From a virus, in IMG/VR virus record IMGVR_UViG_3300042258_000235, positions 25,633 through 89,632 of that record: a DNA stretch of 64,000 nt; one strand, given 5' to 3'. A program made the translations under genes and the position numbers. Below, one piece after another: positions 58,001 through 64,000 of the stretch (position 1 is its first letter; every line of letters starts with the position of its first letter). The notes under the pieces are model-generated. The model did no database searches and was not told the origin of the DNA. It saw only the letters and a list, made by a program, of their open reading frames with translations.

Positions 58001-60675
58001 TTGTAGAAACTCCACCTGTGGCTGAAATCTCTTTCACTGGAGAATCTCCTTCAAAAGGATTAATTAATTATATGTCTGGAGGTTCAGAATTTTCATTTAC
58101 AGATGAAACAATATGAGTATCAAATGATCTATTAAATGAAAAGTTATTAATTCAATGTTATGATTCTAATAATAATAAAATTGATCCTGATGAAATAATT
58201 ATAGATACACTTACATTTTCAGCATCTGCTGTTTTTCCAGAAAATACATCTGGTAAAATTATTATAAACAATGGATATAAAAGATCATTTACAGATATTA
58301 CATCATATACTTGAACACATAATTATAATACATATAATGTAATAGTTCAAGTATATGACACAAATGGAAATCAAATTGATGCAGATAATATAGAAATCCT
58401 TGATAGTAATACAATCAGAGTAAGCTTTAATTCATCAACATCTGGATTTATTGTTTTAGGTATAGGGGATTCTTATAATATAAAATATATGGAATATTTA
58501 ACAGAAGATAAAGATATCTGAAAATTATATCCAGAAACATCTTTTTATTCTGCTATAGTTCAAGTATATGATAATTCATATACTTTAATAGATGCAGATA
58601 ATACAAATATATATTCTGATAATACAGTAAAATATATAATTCCAAATAATATAACAATTCAGAAAAATATTGATTATGAAAAAACTTCTGCAAATATTCA
58701 ATGAGATTCAGAAAAAACTGGCTATATATCATTAAATTATTCAGACATTAGTAAAACTAATCACACATTAGATTATTTTTGAGAATCAGAATGTTTTTTT
58801 AATGATAGAGCAATAATACAAACATATAATAAAAACAATGAAATAATTTATCCAGATTATATAGAATATTTTGATAATATTATTAGAGTAGCTTTTTCTG
58901 AATTAAAAACAGGAGTCTTACTTTTAAAAGAATCTAATTATACTTTTAATCAAAATACTCCCTCTATAGTATGAACTATAAATCATAATAAAAATATGGA
59001 TTCATGTAACTTTACAATATATGATGAAAATAATAATATTATAAATCCTGAATATCTTAAAATTATTGATAATAATACTATAGAAATAAAATTTTTAACA
59101 GCACAAACAGGGCGTGCTGAATTATTTTTAAGTGTTGCTTCAATTAGAAAAATATATCCAGATAATATTCATCATATTGATGAAAATAACACAAAAATAG
59201 AATTTGGAACAAAAGTTTCAGGTTTAGCAGTAATGTCAAAAGCATTAAAATTTCAATCATATGAAATTTTACAAGATTATGATTTATCAATACTTGATAA
59301 TAATAATATAGAAATAGAATTAAATAATTTTAATTCTGGAGTTATATCTTTAAAATCTTCTGATTTTTCAGGTGAATATTTAGAAAAAGCATCACCTAAA
59401 TCAATAACACATAATAATAACAATATAAATATTGATTTTGATGAGGAAGTTTCAGGTATATTATTATTAAAAAATGTTGCTCAAGATTCATATATAGATA
59501 AATTAATTATGAGCCCGCATTATTTAGTAGAATTAGATTTATCATTTTACCCATATGGAGAAAATTTTATAATAGATAAACTATTATCATATGAACTATA
59601 TTCAAAATGAGAAGAAACACGACCTGTAAATAGATATTCTCATTATTTATTATCAATAAATCCAAAATGTTATTTTTCAGAAGATATTATTAATTTATAT
59701 AATGATTATAATGCATCATTTAATACCTATATAGTACCTAAGTTATATGAATATAAAGAAGATTCCAGAGTTTATATAAATTTAAATAATGAAAAAATCT
59801 GAAATATTAACCACGATTTAAACTATTTAATTAATACACAATTTTTTAATTATGAAACAAATGAAGTAATACACCCTAAAAAAATATGATATAAGGATTA
59901 TAACAATTTAATAGTTGAGTTCAATAATAATATAAAAGGATATGCATTAATATCAAGGGCAGATGGGTTTTTTACACAAACATATATGCCTTCAAGTAAT
60001 ACATTATCTTATCAATTATCTGGAGATAATGTAATAAATTTAATAGGTCAAGGTGATACTGAAATAATACCAGATTCTCAATATTATTCTGAAACTGGTG
60101 ATGTAATAATTGAACTTGATGTTCCTAGAAAACCAGATTTAGTATTTAGTTCATCATATAAAATATTACAGAACGCCCCAAGTAAAACATGAACCATTGT
60201 TCATAATTTTAATGTTTCCGGTATAATATCAGAATTTTATGATAATTTAGGAAATAAAATAATACCAAATTCTATTAAAATTTTAGATGATAACACAATT
60301 TTTGCTGAGTTTTCAAATAAAATATCTGGTGTATGTAGATTAAAACCAATTAATAATATTTTAAATCAGGATATGATTATTAGTAATTTAGAAGGTGGTT
60401 ATGTTAAATTTGGTAATGGTTCAGATTTAAATAATTTCTATCCACAAAAAATAAATAATATTAAAAACACAATAGTTATAAAGGATCTAGTTTTAGAAGA
60501 TTTAACTAATTCTGTTAATATAATATCAACTTTTGATGATAAAATTGAAACAGATATAACAGAGGTTGGTATTTTTGATAAATATGATAATATTATTTTT
60601 TATTCATATTTTGATACAATTTATAAATTAGATAATGTAGATTTTAAATATAAATTAACAGTATATAAGGATTAA
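55033..60675 (+). CDS. very large baseplate wedge / fibre-platform protein (gp7-like), about 1880 aa
   Basis: Five track fragments share one frame; YLKRKGT motif; many W-x-I-x-HNLN..QxYD..IxP..IEIIDxNxIxIxF repeats. Confidence 0.7.
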
Positions 60676-60680
60676 TTTAA

Positions 60681-61952
60681 ATGAAATTAAAATTTTGACA
60701 ATATATTTTAAATACATCAGGTTCAGCTGTTTCTAATGTAAGAATACATGTTTTTTTAAGCGATCAAGTATCTTCAAGTCAAATACTATCAAGTACAATA
60801 AACAATAATATATTTATAGATATACCTGATTCTGCTTATGCTTATATAGGCCCAAATAATAATACAACAGTAAATAATTTTAATAAAAGTAATACAGAAG
60901 ATTCAAAAATATTAACAAATTCTAAAGGTTATTTTGAATTTTATATATCTGATATTGAAACATTATATCCAGATAAAGGTTATAATTATAATCAAAAATT
61001 TACTATTGCTTGAGTAGGAAATACAATAACTCCCGATTGTATTGAAAATATTGATATTTTTGGTATTCATTATGGGGTTGATGAAAATGATGAAACAAGT
61101 TCATTTTCAGAAAATAAAAATAAATCTATTAGCAACAAACAAGCATCACAATTATTAAATCATATTAGTATAAACTATGAAAATAATCCACATGGATTTG
61201 AAGGTTTAGATGAAGACTCTACAAATTTAGATGGCGATTGACTTATAAAAAATAAATTAATTAGTAATAAAATTTATAAAGATTTTTTTAATCATATTAA
61301 TAATAATACTACAAATATACATAATCAATATCTATTAAGAAATGCTTCTCAATCAATGACAAGTCAATCATTAATTGATAATCTTAATGCTGATTTATTA
61401 GATGGTTTACATGCTAATGATATTAAAAATTATTCAGATAATGAACTATTAATTCATAGTAATTCTAAAAATACACATGGTGTAATTGGAGAAATTGTTG
61501 GGACAGATTCAATACAAACCCTAAGAAATAAAACATTAACTAATTTAACAGAACCCTTGTTAATCACAGAGGGTGGTACAGGAGCTAGAAATACTAATGA
61601 TGCTAGAGATAACTTAAATGCTCAAGAAAAAAATGATAATTTAAGTAATATTAGTAATATGTTTCCAGATTTAAATAAAATAATAATAGGAGATGGTTTA
61701 GATTTTATTGAAGAAACATTTGAGAATGTTTTAAATGATACTTTTTCAACAGGTATTTTAGGAGGTATAGGTATATATGGAACACCTGCACCAACAGCAC
61801 AAGAATTATTGGATGATTTAGGAACGTTTACTAATGTTTCATCAGGTACAGATCAAATAACATTATCAGAACTTAATACTAAATTAGAATCAATACATAA
61901 TAAAATAAATAATATAATAAATGCTTTAAAATCTTATGGAATATTAGGATAA
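60681..61952 (+). CDS. tail fibre / fibre-attachment protein
   Basis: 423 aa with TGA; NLNADLLDG, QTLRNKTL and GGTGA motifs typical of fibre proteins. Confidence 0.65.
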
Positions 61953-61966
61953 GAAGGGAAATATTA

Positions 61967-64000
61967 ATGAAAGATTATGGCAGAAATTTCGTTGGAAAAA
62001 TGATTTTAGAAAAAACATCTAATGGGCCATGAGTTGATTCAAGAGCTTATGATGTATTAGAGGATGCTATTACAGATTGTAGTGGAGAAACAAGAAATAT
62101 ATTAGTTGCAGAAACTTCTAATATTTCAACTTCATTTACTTCAGGATATGAAAATATAACTTTGATAATCCCAAATAATATAACAGTAACTTTAAACGCT
62201 GCAGATATTACATTAGATTTTTCAATTAAAGTAGAATCTGGTGGTCAATTATTAATTGATGAAAATTGTACTATAAACGGTAATTTGAATTTTGAATCTA
62301 ATAATAAAAATTCATTAGAATTAGTTACTGGTGATGAGAGTATTACCTTTAATGGTGGTAATAAATCTTTTTATTTAAGTTCATTTGAGGCATTCACTGA
62401 CGCTATATTAGCAATGAATGCGCTCGGTAAATCTCTTATTATAGACCAACCAGTAGACTTAGGCGGTGCAACCATTGACTGTCTAGGCGTCGGTCTTGTT
62501 TGGCTTTCCAAAGGGAATCTTGTTTCAAATGGAGATTTAAGCAATTTTAAAATAGACAGCGCTGGGATGTATGAACTATTTGACAGCACTCTTACATTTA
62601 GTGGCAAAATATACGCAAATGACATCCTACCACAATGGTTTGGTAACGTTAATAACATAGAAAATGATGCGGCACAAACATTTCAAAGATTAGCAGATCT
62701 CTCTGATCTTGATAAATTTAGGTCTATTTATATTCCATTCAATTTTGGGGATTATAACATAGAATCTGTTATAGCTTTTGAAGAACCTGGTATCTATATA
62801 TATGGTAACTCCGGGCCAACATATCAAAGAGGTATCGGCCGAGGGAATAACCTAATTGCAGCTGCCGGACTTGAAACTGTATTTGATCTTGGTAATTATA
62901 GAACTGAAGGAAACCCCGCAGATCATTGGACTATAGAGGGCTTATCTTTTGTTGCTGCTCCATTAGGAGGTAGGAATACAAAATGTCTCTCTTTTACATC
63001 TCAAACAAATGGGCCAGACAGAAATGCACATATAAGGAACTGCTCGGCTCAAGATTTATACGCATTAGCTTATGTTGCTCCGCCAAACTTGGACGTTACA
63101 CACATGTTAGCCAATCTAAATATAGAAAACTCAAATCTTAGCAACTGTGAATATGCTGTCAAGGCTGATGGTAATTGTTTGGGACTCCGCTTTGTAAACA
63201 ATCAAGCGGAACAAAATGTAGCTGGATGTATTCATGGTGCGTTTGTCACTGGTGTGACTATAGAGGATAACATGTTAGAGGGTACACCAAATTGTATAAA
63301 TATAGATGCCACTACCATATCAGGTATGTCTTACCTTAGAATAAGCATACAGAGGAACTATTTTGAGGCTAACAGTGGTGATTATATCATCAATCTAGTT
63401 GGTCAGGCATTTACGTGTGCAGCAAAGATAGGGCAAAATCAGATATCTGTCCCAGATGGGACAGATTATTTGCGTTTGGTTGGAGGTACGTGGCAAATAG
63501 AGATTGAAGACCCCTTTCCGGCAACTCTAGTTGGCTCTACTATAATATTGCCAACGTCTAGATTATTCGCCCGAGGAATAGATTATTACTATGTTAGGGG
63601 TATTACAGACACAGTAACAAACGAAGTTTTATCGCATGATTTTATGCATCTGGCCGGTAAAACATTGCCGCTGAACTCAACTATAAACACTACTGTTGGC
63701 TCAGATACGGCAGTGACACCGTTTGGTACAACAACTAGTGCATACAGTTTTTCTGGTGGATCTGGTTATATTAATAATTCCGATTTAAGTTACTCCGCAG
63801 GGGATGTTATTTCTATATCATTTCTTATGCTGGTAGATTATAATGGAATTAACAATACACTAATACACTTGCGAGACGTTGACTATAATTTGATTAGCAC
63901 TATCCCTGATCCGGTGATAATTGAACAAGGGTTTTCTAAAGGTTGGACTCTAGCGACATTTACAACGAAACTAACTGGAGCGACCGCAACACTTAGAATA
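61967..64000 (+). CDS. tailspike / depolymerase (beta-helix), truncated by the window end
   Basis: One TGA at 62030, then open to the window end; PQWFG..DAAQTFQ neck followed by beta-helix-like sequence. Confidence 0.75.

Noticed and set aside
21322..60675. Mass pseudogenisation or sequencing error as the cause of fragmented ORFs
   Set aside because: The breaks are only TGA, stay in frame and fall at conserved Trp positions of essential genes
1657..62658. Numerous antisense or alternate-frame ORFs in the track (e.g. 1657, 5383, 10177, 10799-11985, 22280, 23785, 29262, 36533, 40593, 47022, 48869, 62371)
   Set aside because: Shadow ORFs opposite or inside well-supported genes, with no RBS or motifs

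Overview
A 64-kb slice of a large, very AT-rich, T4-like (myovirus) phage genome that uses an alternative genetic code. In-frame TGA falls repeatedly at positions that are conserved Trp in terminase, UvsW, tail sheath, tail tube, gp5, gp25 and gp53, so TGA=Trp (code 4-like). The fragmented standard-code ORF track collapses into full-length genes that end in TAA or TAG. Content: small accessory ORFs; gp46; NAD-dependent DNA ligase; topoisomerase II (two subunits); an intact-looking IscB/omegaRNA element; a divergent family-A-polymerase-like gene; a PRPP-synthetase-like gene; terminase; two ADP-ribosyltransferases (PARP-like and R-S-E type); UvsW; tRNA-Leu, -Trp and -Asn; a glycosyltransferase; an anaerobic RNR locus; gp32; and the tail/baseplate/tailspike module. 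Most notable: (i) a tRNA-Trp(CCA) with a 4-bp anticodon stem, a candidate UGA decoder; (ii) three copies of a three-way-junction RNA motif whose loop covaries with the downstream Shine-Dalgarno; (iii) a 196-nt tRNA-mimic RNA; (iv) an IscB element inserted exactly between the RBS and ATG of the topoisomerase gene; (v) a set of candidate capsid-packaged effectors that share an N-terminal L-x-E leader. Recoded gene coordinates were derived by manual translation. Protein identities come from motif recognition, not database searches.
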